Positions 49,209 to 59,009 of a DNA stretch of 64,000 nucleotides are shown here, piece by piece. A program made the translations under genes and the position numbers. The notes beneath the pieces are model-generated. The model did not search any database. It was not told the origin of the DNA and saw only the letters and a program-made list of their open reading frames with translations. The first letter of the stretch is position 1. Every line of letters begins with the position of its first letter. Origin of the DNA: an uncultured Methylomirabilota bacterium (GTDB taxonomy: Bacteria; Methylomirabilota; Methylomirabilia; Methylomirabilales; 2-02-FULL-66-22); contig OY970067.1 in the NCBI GenBank assembly GCA_963705305.1, positions 2,272,001 through 2,336,000 of the forward strand, given 5' to 3'.

Positions 49209-51035
49209 TCAGGTCAGATGCAGGGCCTTGAGGCGCTCCCGGGTCGGGGCGCCCGTCGCGTCCCAGCCCCGCAAGCGATAGTACTCGGAGAGCATCCGCT
49301 CCATGGCCTGTGGGTCGACGGGGCCGATGTCATCCCGTTGCGGAACCGTGAGCAGTCGGCGGGGCAGGACGTCATCCTTGCGCGACAGGCCGCGCCCGAC
49401 ATTGATCAGGCGCTTGGTGGTGAAGATCCGCTCGGCCGTCTGCATGAGCTCGCCGGGCGTCACCTTCCACCCCGTACAATAGTTCAGCCACTCCGCCATG
49501 GCGGTCGGGCCGTACGCCACCACGATGTAAAATTTGCAGATGCCCAGCCCGTCATAGAGGACCATCAGGTCGTGCATCTTCGCCGTGAGCTCGGCCTTGC
49601 CGTCCGGAATGTACGGATTCATGGGAGCCGTGTAGCCGAGGTCGGGGTAGGGCATTCCGCTCTCCGCGGTGAAGGTGACCCCCTCCATGTGGCAGGCGCC
49701 CCGGTTGGCCACCGCGTAGTTGAGCGCGTTGGACCAATAGGCGCGGGGATCGTGCATGGGGATCTCGACCCCTTTGACCTCCACCAGCATGTCTTCGAGC
49801 GCCTTGCCCAGCCGCGCGACTACCGCCCGCGTCCCGTCCGCCAGAACATCGCCGATCCCCTGGCGCGTTCCCATCTTACGGAGCAGAGCGATCATGGCCT
49901 CCCCGTCCCCCCAGGCCGGCCGGATTCCGTCCAGCTCCTGCTCGGTTACGAGCCCCTTCTCGAAGGCCTCCATGACCAGGGCGATGGTGTTTCCCGCCGA
50001 GATGGTGTCCAGGCCGTAGTCGTTGCACAGCTCGTTGCAGCGGCCGATCACCTCGGGTGAATCGTTCTCGCACATGCTGCCGAAGGCCCCGATGGTCTCG
50101 TACTCGGGGGCGTGGCCCACGGTGGTGCCGGGAATCTCGGTCACCAGGGTGCAGTTCGAGGGACAGGAGAGACAGGAGCGCTCGTGTTTTCCGTACTTCT
50201 TGAACATCGTCTGGCCCGAGATCCGCTCCGCCTTCTGGGTCCAGCGTCCCCCCAAGAAATTGCGGATGGGCATGTCTCCCACGGCCTCCGTGGCCATGAC
50301 GCCGCCTGCGGTTCCCAGCTCGAAGTTCCTTTTGAAGCGCTGCTTTTCCTTTCCACCGTAGGCGGCGGCGCGGCGCATCAAGCCGGTGGGATCCGCCACC
50401 GGGACCCCGCCGGTCCCGCGCACGACCACGGCCTTCAGGTGCTTGGAGCCCATGACGGCGCCCATGCCCGTGCGGCCGGCGGAGCGGGCGTATGTCCCCT
50501 CGAACATCACACACGCCATGCGACTGAGCTTTTCGCCGGCCGGTCCGATCGCTGCCACGATGGCGTCCTTATGGGTCTCCTGGAGCAGGCGCGCATCGGT
50601 TTCGAAGAACCCCGTGCCCCAGAGTTTCTCGGCCGGCCGGATCTCGACGCGGCCGTTCTCGATCCACACATACACAGGCTGTTTGGCCTTCCCCGTAAAG
50701 ATGACCCCGTCGTACCCGGCGTACTTCAACATGGGGGCCCAGGCCCCGCCCGCCCGCGCCTCTCCCCATGCGGTGGTCGCGGGCGAAAGCGCACACACGC
50801 TGGTCCGGTTGGCTCCCGGGACGATCGTCCCGCAGAGCAGGCCCGGCATGAAGCAGAGCGGATTCGAGAGATCCAGGGGACCGCGAATGCCCTTCAGCCG
50901 GTCGCGAATCAGCTTTGCTCCCAGCCCGCTCCCCGCCAGAAATGCGCGGGCCGTGGCCTCGTCGAAGTCCGTCGTGCCCACCTTCCCGGATGTCAAATCC
51001 ACCCAGAGCAGCCGCCCCATATATCCTTTGGGCAT
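49209..51035 (-). CDS. aor: Aldehyde:ferredoxin oxidoreductase family (tungsten-pterin, 4Fe-4S)
   Basis: GYMGRLLWVDLT, LKYAGYD, IGPAGE, GRTGMGAVMGSKHLKA, CxxCxxxC, PEYET, GLDTIS, RGACH. Confidence 0.92.
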   Translation of the reverse strand: MPKGYMGRLLWVDLTSGKVGTTDFDEATARAFLAGSGLGAKLIRDRLKGIRGPLDLSNPLCFMPGLLCGTIVPGANRTSVCALSPATTAWGEARAGGAWAPMLKYAGYDGVIFTGKAKQPVYVWIENGRVEIRPAEKLWGTGFFETDARLLQETHKDAIVAAIGPAGEKLSRMACVMFEGTYARSAGRTGMGAVMGSKHLKAVVVRGTGGVPVADPTGLMRRAAAYGGKEKQRFKRNFELGTAGGVMATEAVGDMPIRNFLGGRWTQKAERISGQTMFKKYGKHERSCLSCPSNCTLVTEIPGTTVGHAPEYETIGAFGSMCENDSPEVIGRCNELCNDYGLDTISAGNTIALVMEAFEKGLVTEQELDGIRPAWGDGEAMIALLRKMGTRQGIGDVLADGTRAVVARLGKALEDMLVEVKGVEIPMHDPRAYWSNALNYAVANRGACHMEGVTFTAESGMPYPDLGYTAPMNPYIPDGKAELTAKMHDLMVLYDGLGICKFYIVVAYGPTAMAEWLNYCTGWKVTPGELMQTAERIFTTKRLINVGRGLSRKDDVLPRRLLTVPQRDDIGPVDPQAMERMLSEYYRLRGWDATGAPTRERLKALHLT

Positions 51036-51308
51036 GGCGAATCCCCTTTATTTCCGATGGTTGTCCGACGGCATCCCCGAGTCGTCGCGGCGGTGATGCG
51101 GCGGCTGGCCTAGGATCCGAGGGGTTCGAAGTGCTTCGGGACACCGCGACGGGTGGGGGTCGACGGAACGTCGATCACGCCACGGGATCCCCTCCGAAGC
51201 GGAATTCTTGCAAAATCGGCGGATGGGCGCAAGCGAAATGCGGAGGGGGGCGGGCCGGGATGAGGCCGTCAGGAAAGATGGCAGGCGCATGAGCGGAATC
51301 CGGGAAAG

Positions 51309-51343
51309 CGAAACCGCCCGTCCCACAGGGACGGGCGGTTTCG
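51309..51343 (-). terminator. Intrinsic terminator after pal
   Basis: Perfect 16-bp stem CGAAACCGCCCGTCCC-ACA-GGGACGGGCGGTTTCG. Confidence 0.75.
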
Positions 51344-51366
51344 GATTGAAACCGGGAACAGCAATC

Positions 51367-51957
51367 CTACTTGCCGGTGATCACGAAATGCCCCCGGCGG
51401 TTCCACTTCCACGCGCTCTCGTCGTGGCCGAGGACGAAGGGGCGCTCTTTCCCGTAGCTGATGGTGGCGATGTTGTCCGCCGGGACCCCGGCAGCCACCA
51501 GGTAATCCTTCACCGCCTTGGCCCGCCGCTCGCCCAGGCCGAGGTTGTACTCCGCCGTGCCGCGTTCGTCGCAGTGGCCCTCCACCGTGATCTTCGCGCC
51601 GGCGTTTTCCTTCAACCAGGCGATGTCGGCGCTCAGGGCGCTCTTCTGATCGTCCCGGATGGCGGACTTGTCAAAGTCGAAGAAGACATCCTGGAGCGGC
51701 GAGGCGGTCACCTGGGGGGCAGGGGCGGCCGACGCCGGCGTCACGGGCGTGGCGCTGGGCGGCGTGGCCCGGGTCACCGGGGTCTCGCCGGTGCGCGGGG
51801 CCGGAGCCGCGGGTGCCGGGGCCGTGGCCGCGGACGGGCCGACGGCCCCCGGGCCGGCCTGGGCGACCTCGGGCCGCTTGGGACAACCCAGAAGGGCCAG
51901 GGAGCCCACGAGGACGCCCACGGTGAAGAGGATGTGCATGCTTGAACGAACTCGCAT
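51367..51957 (-). CDS. pal: Peptidoglycan-associated lipoprotein Pal
   Basis: Lipobox LLGC; FFDFDKS, EGHCDERGTAEYNLGLGERRA, SYGKERP, NRR. Confidence 0.95.
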   Translation of the reverse strand: MRVRSSMHILFTVGVLVGSLALLGCPKRPEVAQAGPGAVGPSAATAPAPAAPAPRTGETPVTRATPPSATPVTPASAAPAPQVTASPLQDVFFDFDKSAIRDDQKSALSADIAWLKENAGAKITVEGHCDERGTAEYNLGLGERRAKAVKDYLVAAGVPADNIATISYGKERPFVLGHDESAWKWNRRGHFVITGK

Positions 51958-52040
51958 CAGGCTCCTCCTTTCAGATCAGCATTCATGTTAATCCCGGCAC
52001 GCATCGCGGCACGGCCCTGCCGTGCCTGCCAACGCGCGCA

Positions 52041-52069
52041 AGCATAAGTCACGCGACCCTCCAGTTCAA
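52041..52069 (-). promoter_or_regulatory. Sigma70-type promoter of pal
   Basis: Minus strand TTGAAC-N17-TATGCT. Confidence 0.5.
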
Positions 52070-52154
52070 GAAAAAAACCCGTCCCTCCTGGGGCCGGCGG
52101 GCGCGTTCCAGCCCCCGGACGTGTGATGGTCGTCTCCTCCGTTTCCTCCTTGGG

Positions 52155-52808
52155 TTAGCTCTCCCCCTGGGCGGCCGGCGAACGGCAGTAGCGCTCGGCG
52201 ACGCCCGCTGCAAAGGCGTTGATGGGCCCCATGAGGCTGGCTTGCCTCCCCGGGTTTCCTCGAAACAGGATCTCGAATGTCAGCGTGCCTGCCACGAAGC
52301 CTGCGATGGCGCAGGCCAGGTCCCTGGCCTCGTCGTTTTCGAGTTGGGCCTCTCCCAGGATGCGTCGGCACTCCTCTATCAGAAAGCGCACGTAGCGACG
52401 ATATTCTTCCCGGAGATGGGGACGGCTCTTCGGGTGGAGGACCAGCAGTCCGCGGACTTGATGCAGGAGAACGACCAGGTCGCGGCGCCGGCTCAGGACG
52501 CAGTACTGCCCGTGGATGAAGGCCGCCAGGCGCTCCGCCGGTGTTCCGTCGGCGCCGGCCGTGGTCCGCCCGCCCGCGATCAATTCGTCGAATCCGTGCC
52601 GGATCAGGTGCTGGATCAGGCCCTCCTTGGAATGGAAGTGGGCGTAAAAAGTGCCCTTGCCAACATCGGCGGCTTCGGTGATGTGCTCGACCGTGGTGTC
52701 GTAGTAGCCACGCTGCGCGATGGCTGTCAAGCCCGCGCGCACCAGGTTCTCGAAGCTCTGAATGCGGCGTCGGGAGGCTCGACTTTGTTTGAGTGCGGCT
52801 TCCGCCAT
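52155..52808 (-). CDS. TetR/AcrR family regulator
   Basis: HTH GYYDTTVEHITEAADVGKGTFYAHFHSKE. Confidence 0.9.
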   Translation of the reverse strand: MAEAALKQSRASRRRIQSFENLVRAGLTAIAQRGYYDTTVEHITEAADVGKGTFYAHFHSKEGLIQHLIRHGFDELIAGGRTTAGADGTPAERLAAFIHGQYCVLSRRRDLVVLLHQVRGLLVLHPKSRPHLREEYRRYVRFLIEECRRILGEAQLENDEARDLACAIAGFVAGTLTFEILFRGNPGRQASLMGPINAFAAGVAERYCRSPAAQGES

Positions 52809-52836
52809 GTGGATCTTCCTGGCTCTCCGGTCAAAT

Positions 52837-52852
52837 CCGACCGAATGGTCAG
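52837..52852. promoter_or_regulatory. Candidate TetR operator
   Basis: Imperfect palindrome CCGACC-GAAT-GGTCAG about 30 nt upstream of the tetR start. Confidence 0.4.
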
Positions 52853-53049
52853 AAATGACTCGACAAACCATACCAGACGAATCCCCCGGCCGCAAGTAAA
52901 AATGCGGGTGTGAGACAGGCGAGGCACCGGCCGCCCGATACAGAATTTCCTGGCGCTTCCACCCTGGGGAAGTGATATTATGCAGCGCCGTCCGGGCTCG
53001 GGTTCGCCGGGGTCGGCGGGGACCCCGCGGTGCCGCGGGTGGCGGCCCG

Positions 53050-53078
53050 GGAACTCATCGACCCGTCAGGGGGTCTAA
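53050..53078 (+). promoter_or_regulatory. ECF sigma (RpoE-type) autoregulatory promoter
   Basis: GGAACT-N17-GTCTAA immediately upstream of the ECF gene. Confidence 0.65.
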
Positions 53079-53080
53079 GC

Positions 53081-53719
53081 ATGCAGGGGGATGACGCGCC
53101 GACGATGGCAGCCGCTCCGGCTGATGATGATCAGCGGCTGGTAGAGCGGGCGCAAGCCGGGGATGCCCGGGCCTTCGAGGCCTTGGTCCGCCGCTACGAG
53201 CGCTGGGTGTTCACGCTGGCCGTACGCATGCTGGACGACCGGGCCGATGCCGAAGATGCTTCCCAGGAGATCTTTCTGAAGGCGCACCGAGGCCTCTCCG
53301 GCTTCGCAGGAGCCTCCCGGTTTTCGACCTGGCTCTATGCCATCGCCAGCCACCACTGTCTGAACTGCCTGGCGGCCCGCACCCGCAGGGCGTCCCTGTC
53401 TGCGGCAACCGGATCGGCCCTCGATGGGACGGATCCGCTGGCGACGGCCGACAGCGTTCCGGACGGATCTCCGCTCCCCGACGCGCTGGTGGAGCAGCGG
53501 GATCTCGGCCGGATCATCCAGACGGAACTGTTGAACCTGACCGAGGACCACCGGTTAATCCTGATCCTGCGAGAGATCCAGGGCATGTCCTACGAGGAGA
53601 TCGCCGAGACGTTAACCCTGGAGCTGGGCACCGTCCGGTCGCGCCTGCACCGCGCCCGGATGGAGTTGAAGACTCGATTGCAGCCCCACTTGACGGAGGG
53701 GGCGGCCCATGACGTGTGA
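53081..53719 (+). CDS. ECF RNA polymerase sigma factor
   Basis: GDARAFEALVRRY, DAEDASQEIF, FSTWLYAIA, SYEEIA...GTVRSRLHRAR; start may be 53105. Confidence 0.93.
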   Translation: MQGDDAPTMAAAPADDDQRLVERAQAGDARAFEALVRRYERWVFTLAVRMLDDRADAEDASQEIFLKAHRGLSGFAGASRFSTWLYAIASHHCLNCLAARTRRASLSAATGSALDGTDPLATADSVPDGSPLPDALVEQRDLGRIIQTELLNLTEDHRLILILREIQGMSYEEIAETLTLELGTVRSRLHRARMELKTRLQPHLTEGAAHDV

Positions 53720-54869
53720 TGAGGCCCGGGAAGCCTTCTCCGAGCTCTACGACGGGATCCTGAGCGGTTCGCGCCTGGTTGAATTGAGCCGTCACCTGGA
53801 CGGTTGTGCGGCCTGCCGGGCGGAGTGGGACGCCTTTCGAATGACCGTGCGGGGCGTGGCGGGCCTGGGGCTGGAAGAGCCGCCGCTCGACTTCGCCGTC
53901 CGCGTCCGACAGCAGGTCAAAGCGCCCCCATGGTGGACCCGGGCGGCACACGCCATCTTTGTTCCCCTGCGGGTAAAGATTCCGATCCATGCCGCCGCGC
54001 TGGTCGTCCTGGCCCTCGCCGGCCTGCTGGTGTACCAGCGCACCGGGCAGCCGCCGCGCCCCGCCCCGCCGCGCGCGGTCGCCCCGGCCCCCTCGGCTCC
54101 TCCGGCTCCTGCCGCGGCGCCGGCCCCGGTCGAAGCGCCGGCCGCGCCCGCGACGGCTTCCAAGTCTCCGGTTGCCGGCGGGACGGTGAAGCGCATCGAG
54201 CCTGCGCCGCCCCCGCCGTTTCCGACCGTCTCGCCGAAGACGGAGGCAAAACTGCAAGCGCCGTCCCGGATCGAAAAGGCGCAACAGCCGGCTGCACGCG
54301 TGCAGGAATCGGCTCAGGCGGAGCGGCGGGTGGCCGCGCCGGATCTGAGCGCCGGTCCGTCCGCGTCGGAGCAGGCGAAGGTGAATCGCCTTCAGACCGG
54401 GCCGCCGCCCCCGCCGCCCATGCCGGAGGGCATGGCGGCGCGGGCGGAACCCGCCAAGCCGGTGGGCACGATGGCGTCGGCTCCGCCCGCCGCCGGATCC
54501 GCCGACACCCTGTTCTCGGAGGCCATGACCGCCTACGTCCGGCAGGAGTATGAGAAATCGATCGAGGATCTGCGGGCGTTCCTGACGCGGGATCCCACCG
54601 ACCGGCGGGCGGCGGATGCTCGATTCTTCCTGGCGGAAGCATACTTCGCGATCGGCCGATACGCCGACGCCGTGACCGAGTACGGGACCTTCCTGCGCGA
54701 CTATCCCGGCAGCCCCAAAGTGCCCCAGGCGCGGTTCCGGGAAGGGACTGCCCGGCTGGCGGCGGGCGATCGGAGCGGGTGCCAGACGCTCCGCGAGGCG
54801 CTGGAGCGGTACCCCCGGTCGCGGGAGGCGGCGGCCGCCAAGGCGACGCTGGCCGCCCACTGCCCGTAG
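53709..54869 (+). CDS. Zn-finger (ZAS) anti-sigma factor with TM helix, Pro/Ala linker and C-terminal CpoB/YbgF-like TPR
   Basis: HLDGCAAC; TM segment; TPR ARFFLAEAYF..GRYADAVTEY..FLRDYPGSPKVPQA...YPRSREAAAAK. Confidence 0.82.
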   Translation: MTCDEAREAFSELYDGILSGSRLVELSRHLDGCAACRAEWDAFRMTVRGVAGLGLEEPPLDFAVRVRQQVKAPPWWTRAAHAIFVPLRVKIPIHAAALVVLALAGLLVYQRTGQPPRPAPPRAVAPAPSAPPAPAAAPAPVEAPAAPATASKSPVAGGTVKRIEPAPPPPFPTVSPKTEAKLQAPSRIEKAQQPAARVQESAQAERRVAAPDLSAGPSASEQAKVNRLQTGPPPPPPMPEGMAARAEPAKPVGTMASAPPAAGSADTLFSEAMTAYVRQEYEKSIEDLRAFLTRDPTDRRAADARFFLAEAYFAIGRYADAVTEYGTFLRDYPGSPKVPQARFREGTARLAAGDRSGCQTLREALERYPRSREAAAAKATLAAHCP

Positions 54870-54920
54870 GCCCGCCGACCCGCTCGTATCGGTCGAACAC
54901 GTCTGCCGCCTCGATCTGTG

Positions 54921-54964
54921 AGTATGCATTGCAAAGTATGTATGCGTGGAGTAAAATGCATACT
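54921..54964 (+). promoter_or_regulatory. Promoter/operator of vapBC-1
   Basis: TTGCAA-N17-TAAAAT overlapped by the perfect inverted repeat AGTATGCATT...AATGCATACT. Confidence 0.75.
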
Positions 54965-54992
54965 ACAGCTTGGAACCTGCGAGGAGGGACCC

Positions 54993-55214
54993 ATGAAGGC
55001 GGTGGTGGCTGAACGAGGGCAGGTGACGATCCCGAAGCGGCTGCGGGAGCGGCTGGGCATCCGCCCCGGGACCGTGCTGGAGTTCCGGGAAGAGGCCGAC
55101 CGGCTCGTCGCCGAGAAGGCGGAGGCGGCGGGTGCGCTGGACCGCTGGTACGGCAGTCTCGGGCGCCGCCGGCGGACCGACGACATCATCCGGGCGCTGC
55201 GGGGCGAGCTGTGA
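54993..55214 (+). CDS. vapB: AbrB/MazE/SpoVT-family antitoxin
   Basis: ERGQVTIPKRLRERLGIRPGTVLEF; overlaps the PIN gene. Confidence 0.9.
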   Translation: MKAVVAERGQVTIPKRLRERLGIRPGTVLEFREEADRLVAEKAEAAGALDRWYGSLGRRRRTDDIIRALRGEL

Positions 55215-55615
55215 TCACGGCGGTGGATTCGAGCATCCTCATCGATGTGCTGGAGCCCGATCCGGATCATGGGCCCGGGTCCCGGGAGGCGCTCCGCCGC
55301 TGCTCGCGCGAGGGATCCCTGGTGGCCTGTGATGTCGTATGGGCCGAGGTGGCGACCGCCTTCGGGCACGCCCAGGTGCGGGCGGTCGAGGCGCTCCGCG
55401 AGATCGGGATCGCCTATTCGGCCATGAGCGAGGAGGCGGCACTCCGCGCCGCGGAGTGCTGGTATCGGTTCAGGCGACGGTCCGAGGAAAAGGGGCGCAT
55501 CGTGGCCGACTTCCTGGTGGGCGGCCACGCCCTCGTCCAGGCCGACCGGCTGCTCACGCGGGACCGGGGATTCTACCGGGACTACTTCAAGCCGCTCAAG
55601 CTGGTCGTCCCGTAA
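55211..55615 (+). CDS. vapC: PIN-domain toxin
   Basis: VDSSILID, WAEV, ADFLVGGHA, LLTRD. Confidence 0.9.
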   Translation: MITAVDSSILIDVLEPDPDHGPGSREALRRCSREGSLVACDVVWAEVATAFGHAQVRAVEALREIGIAYSAMSEEAALRAAECWYRFRRRSEEKGRIVADFLVGGHALVQADRLLTRDRGFYRDYFKPLKLVVP

Positions 55616-56041
55616 CAAGACTACGGACGTCGCGGCCATCGGCCGCGCCCGATGTCCGCCGTGCGGATTTCTGCCCGCCGCTGTCTGGCCCCTTGCCCGG
55701 TCGTGCGTGGTTGGCTGTCAATTTCCCATCCTCCATTCAGCCGCTGCCTCCCGACCGCCCGTCCTCCCGACGACTTCGATTAAAGATGAAGAACGCGGCG
55801 ACGTCCCCCTCGAGCCGCGCGCCCACCGACACAGGGGGCGGCCGATTGCTGATGTGTAGCAAGTATAACAAAGAAGCAACGTCCCCTCGGTCACACAAGG
55901 GGACCCGAAGGTTTTTGTACACTCGAATTCAACGGGGCAATTCGGCTTCTGTAGGCGATTGGATGCTGCCGGAACCGCCCTAGTCCGTTACGGTACTTCG
56001 CGCAGTGAGACTGCGTTATCCTTCGGACCAGGAGAACACGA

Positions 56042-56459
56042 ATGAGCAAGGCAATCGAGAATCTGGAGGCGGCACAGAAACGGGCGATGGCCATCCGCCC
56101 CAAGGTCGGCGGCTTCCCCTACGCTCGCGGAGATGTTGCGACGCGCGGGCGTGACGAGAAACATCTGGTCCCTGCCCGCCTGCCAGAGCCTGTTCCTGAC
56201 GAGGGAAGGGCCGGTGGTGATCCAGGGGAAGCCGCTGGCATCAGGCGCCATGGACGTGCCCGCCTTCAACCGCGACGGCTTGATCAAGGCGCTGCGCACC
56301 GATCAGGCCGGGGAGAGCACCTTCCCGGAATTCCTGGCAGCCGCCTGGCGGGCAGGCGTCGTCCGGTACGACGTGGATTTCGCGGCGCGCACCGTCAGCT
56401 ATTGCGGCTGCAACGGCGAGGAGTACGTTGAAGCCTATCCCGCCGTGGACATCGGCTAG
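56042..56459 (+). pseudogene. DUF1398-family protein with +1 frameshift at about 56123
   Basis: MSKAIENL..AQKRAMAIRPKVGGFPY joins LAEMLRRAGV...DQAGESTFPEF..AGVVRYDVDF..RTVSY in another frame. Confidence 0.72.
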
Positions 56460-56524
56460 GGCAGGACGGTCCCGCTCTGGCACCCCTCCACAGCTCGCCG
56501 CCGCGGACGCTGACGTACGTCAAA

Positions 56525-56585
56525 GGGGACGTTGTAACATTAATTACATTGTTTGATGCCGGGCCGCATCCGCCCTCAACTCGAA
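56525..56585. repeat. ~60-bp direct repeat, copy 1 (GGGGACGTTG end motif)
   Basis: 54 of 61 positions identical to 59010-59069 by manual alignment. Confidence 0.9.
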
Positions 56586-56966
56586 CGTGCTATAGTACAA
56601 GGGGAAGTTGCCTCATTATTCGCATTACGTGCGAATCTTCAGAGTCCTAACTTTGCGTACGTGACTCGAAAACGTGGATTGGGCCTCGCTTGGGTCGAGC
56701 GCCTGACGATCCGAAGCTTTATACTGAGGGAAGGAATTCGGGGAAGTGGCGGGCTTGACAGCATGCTCACCGGCCCCTCTCACGTCCGTTCATCGCTTGT
56801 CCCGACTGTCGATTGACCCAAGACCCATGCCAGTGGTATCCTGCCGCGCATTTGCCTCCCCATCGTAATGCGGGAGCCGGCCGGTTCTGCGCTGTCAATC
56901 GCAAGGCGCCCCATTGGCCGGCGAGAAAGCCGAGGGTGCGGGTCCCATCACACAAGGAGGATCGTG

Positions 56967-58106
56967 GTGAAGAAGACGATGCGGGTCCTGGTGCTACTGA
57001 TCGTCCCGGCGCTGCTCTGGATATGGGCGCCCCTCTGTGCGGGCGCGGCCGGCGGCGAGATCCTGATCGGGATGGACACCCCGGTCACCGGGGTCAATGC
57101 GGCGAATGGCGCCCTCTGGATCAAGGCGGTGAAACTGGCGGAGAAGCAGCTCAACGCGGCGGGGGGCGTGAACGGGAAGTCGATCCAGGTGGTCGTCAAC
57201 GACGATCAGTCCACGAACCCGGGCGCCCTGGCCGCCGTGAACAAGAGCATCGAGCAGGACAAGGTCCTGGCCCTCCTGGGGCCGACCACCAGCACCCAGA
57301 TCCTGGCGGTGTCCGACACCATCAAGAAGGCGGCGGTCCCGACCCTCGTGGGCGGGAGTGCCGTGGCTGTCACCCACCAGGGCAACCCCTGGCTCTTCCG
57401 GGTCCGGCCGGATGACTCCATCGTGGCGCGGGGGATGGTGAAGTACATCCAGGAGGACATGAAGCTGACCAAGGTCGGGATCCTGCATGACGCCGATGCC
57501 TTCGGGACCGGCGGCGCCGACCTGGTGGAGAGGTACGCCCGGCAGGCCGGCCTCACCGTGGTGAAGCGGGAAAAGTACACCGGAACCGACCGGGATTTCA
57601 CCGCGCAGCTCCTGGCGCTGAAGGAGGCCGGCGCCGAGGTGATGGTGGTCTATGCCACGGCCGGGTCGGCCATCGCCGTGATCCAGCGCCAGTACCGGCA
57701 GCTCGGCTCGCCCTACAAGTTCCTGGGCTCCCCCACCAGCGCGCAGGAGAACACGCTGGCGCTGTCCAAGGAGGCCGCCGAGGGCCTCATCGCCATGATG
57801 GACAACGTGCCGGGCGAGGCGCTGCAGCGGTACGCTGCGGACTACCGGCAGGAGTACCACGAAGACCTGAACACGTTCGCCGCCTTTGACTACGACGCCC
57901 TGATGCTCCTGGCCCACGCCATCAAGGTGGGCGGCGAGGATCGCGGCAGGATCCGCGAGGCCCTCCTGGCCACCAAGGGCTACATGGGCGTCCTGGGGAC
58001 ATACAGCTTCACCCCGAACGGCGACAGCCTCCACACGGCCACCGTGGTCCAAATCGAGCACGGCAAGCCGAAGCTCCTCAAAGTCGTCACCGTCGCCCCG
58101 CAGTAA
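56967..58106 (+). CDS. Branched-chain amino acid-type (LivK-like) ABC substrate-binding protein, orphan
   Basis: Signal peptide, LNAAGGVNG, DDQS, WLFRVRPDD, DFTAQL, YDA, G.YSF..NGD. Confidence 0.9.
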   Translation: MKKTMRVLVLLIVPALLWIWAPLCAGAAGGEILIGMDTPVTGVNAANGALWIKAVKLAEKQLNAAGGVNGKSIQVVVNDDQSTNPGALAAVNKSIEQDKVLALLGPTTSTQILAVSDTIKKAAVPTLVGGSAVAVTHQGNPWLFRVRPDDSIVARGMVKYIQEDMKLTKVGILHDADAFGTGGADLVERYARQAGLTVVKREKYTGTDRDFTAQLLALKEAGAEVMVVYATAGSAIAVIQRQYRQLGSPYKFLGSPTSAQENTLALSKEAAEGLIAMMDNVPGEALQRYAADYRQEYHEDLNTFAAFDYDALMLLAHAIKVGGEDRGRIREALLATKGYMGVLGTYSFTPNGDSLHTATVVQIEHGKPKLLKVVTVAPQ

Positions 58107-58288
58107 GTCCCAGGCGCCGCACCCCAGCCCGCTCCGCGACCCGGCAGGGTTCCCTGCCGGGTCGCGTTAAGCCGTATTTCACCACATCCGCCGCCGCATG
58201 GCTCACCCGGGACTCCCGCGGGCGCTCCGGGGAGCCCGCCACGACGGGATCCGGCTCACCGCAACGGGCCGCAGACGGCAAAGAGCGG

Positions 58289-58330
58289 TTGACACGGGGT
58301 CGGATATATGCGAGCATACGTATGCATACA
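58289..58330 (+). promoter_or_regulatory. Promoter/operator of vapBC-2
   Basis: TTGACA at 58289; perfect palindrome GCATACGTATGC at 58314-58325. Confidence 0.65.
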
Positions 58331-58340
58331 GGAGGAGCCG

Positions 58341-58571
58341 ATGCGGCGCACGACAGTATTTGCGGACGACAGCGTGCTCGACGCGTTGCGCGCGATCGCC
58401 AGACGGCGAGGGATCACACTGGCGGAGGTGACGAGAGAGGCGCTCTCCGCCTATGTCTCCAAGCACCGCGGGGGCCGGAAGCCCTTGAGCATCATCGCCA
58501 TCGGGCGGAGCGGCCGGCGGGACATTGCGGAACGGGCCGAGGAACTCCTCAAGGAAGGGTTTGGCCGCTGA
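58341..58571 (+). CDS. vapB: Ribbon-helix-helix (CopG-like) antitoxin
   Basis: MRRTTVFADD..LDALR..ARRRG.TLAEVTREAL; overlaps the PIN gene. Confidence 0.85.
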   Translation: MRRTTVFADDSVLDALRAIARRRGITLAEVTREALSAYVSKHRGGRKPLSIIAIGRSGRRDIAERAEELLKEGFGR

Positions 58572-58987
58572 TGGCCGGCCTCCTGTTGGACACCGGCGCG
58601 CTCTACGCGCTGGCCGACCGCGACGACCAATGGCACGCCCGGATGGTTGCCGCCTTGGAAGACCACCCGGGCGACCGGATCGTCCCAGTCACGGTGCTGA
58701 CCGAAGCGTGCTACCTTGTCGGCAGCCACCTGGGGATCGCCGCGGAGCGGCGGTTGATTCGGGCGACTCTTGACGGAGAGTTGCTGCTGGAGGGGGTGAT
58801 CTTATCGGACCTGGCGCGAGCCGACCAGGTCCTTCAGAAATATTCGGACGCGAACGTCGGCTTGGTTGACGCTACCGCAGTGGCGATTGCCGAGCGTCTC
58901 GCCATCCGTATCATCCTCACCACCGACCGCAGACACTTCAGCCTCTTTCGCCCCAGGCACTGTCGCGCGTTTGAGCTTCTGCCGTAA
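58571..58987 (+). CDS. vapC: PIN-domain toxin
   Basis: LLDTGALYA, VLTEACY, LVDA..VAIAERL, TTDRRHF. Confidence 0.9.
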   Translation: MAGLLLDTGALYALADRDDQWHARMVAALEDHPGDRIVPVTVLTEACYLVGSHLGIAAERRLIRATLDGELLLEGVILSDLARADQVLQKYSDANVGLVDATAVAIAERLAIRIILTTDRRHFSLFRPRHCRAFELLP

Positions 58988-59009
58988 GAGCGGTGTCCGC
59001 TGTCCAGGG

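Noticed and set aside
51036..51300. Moco/Tuco riboswitch upstream of aor (also looked for upstream of tupA)
   Set aside because: Conserved elements not recognisable by eye; an Rfam cmscan would settle it
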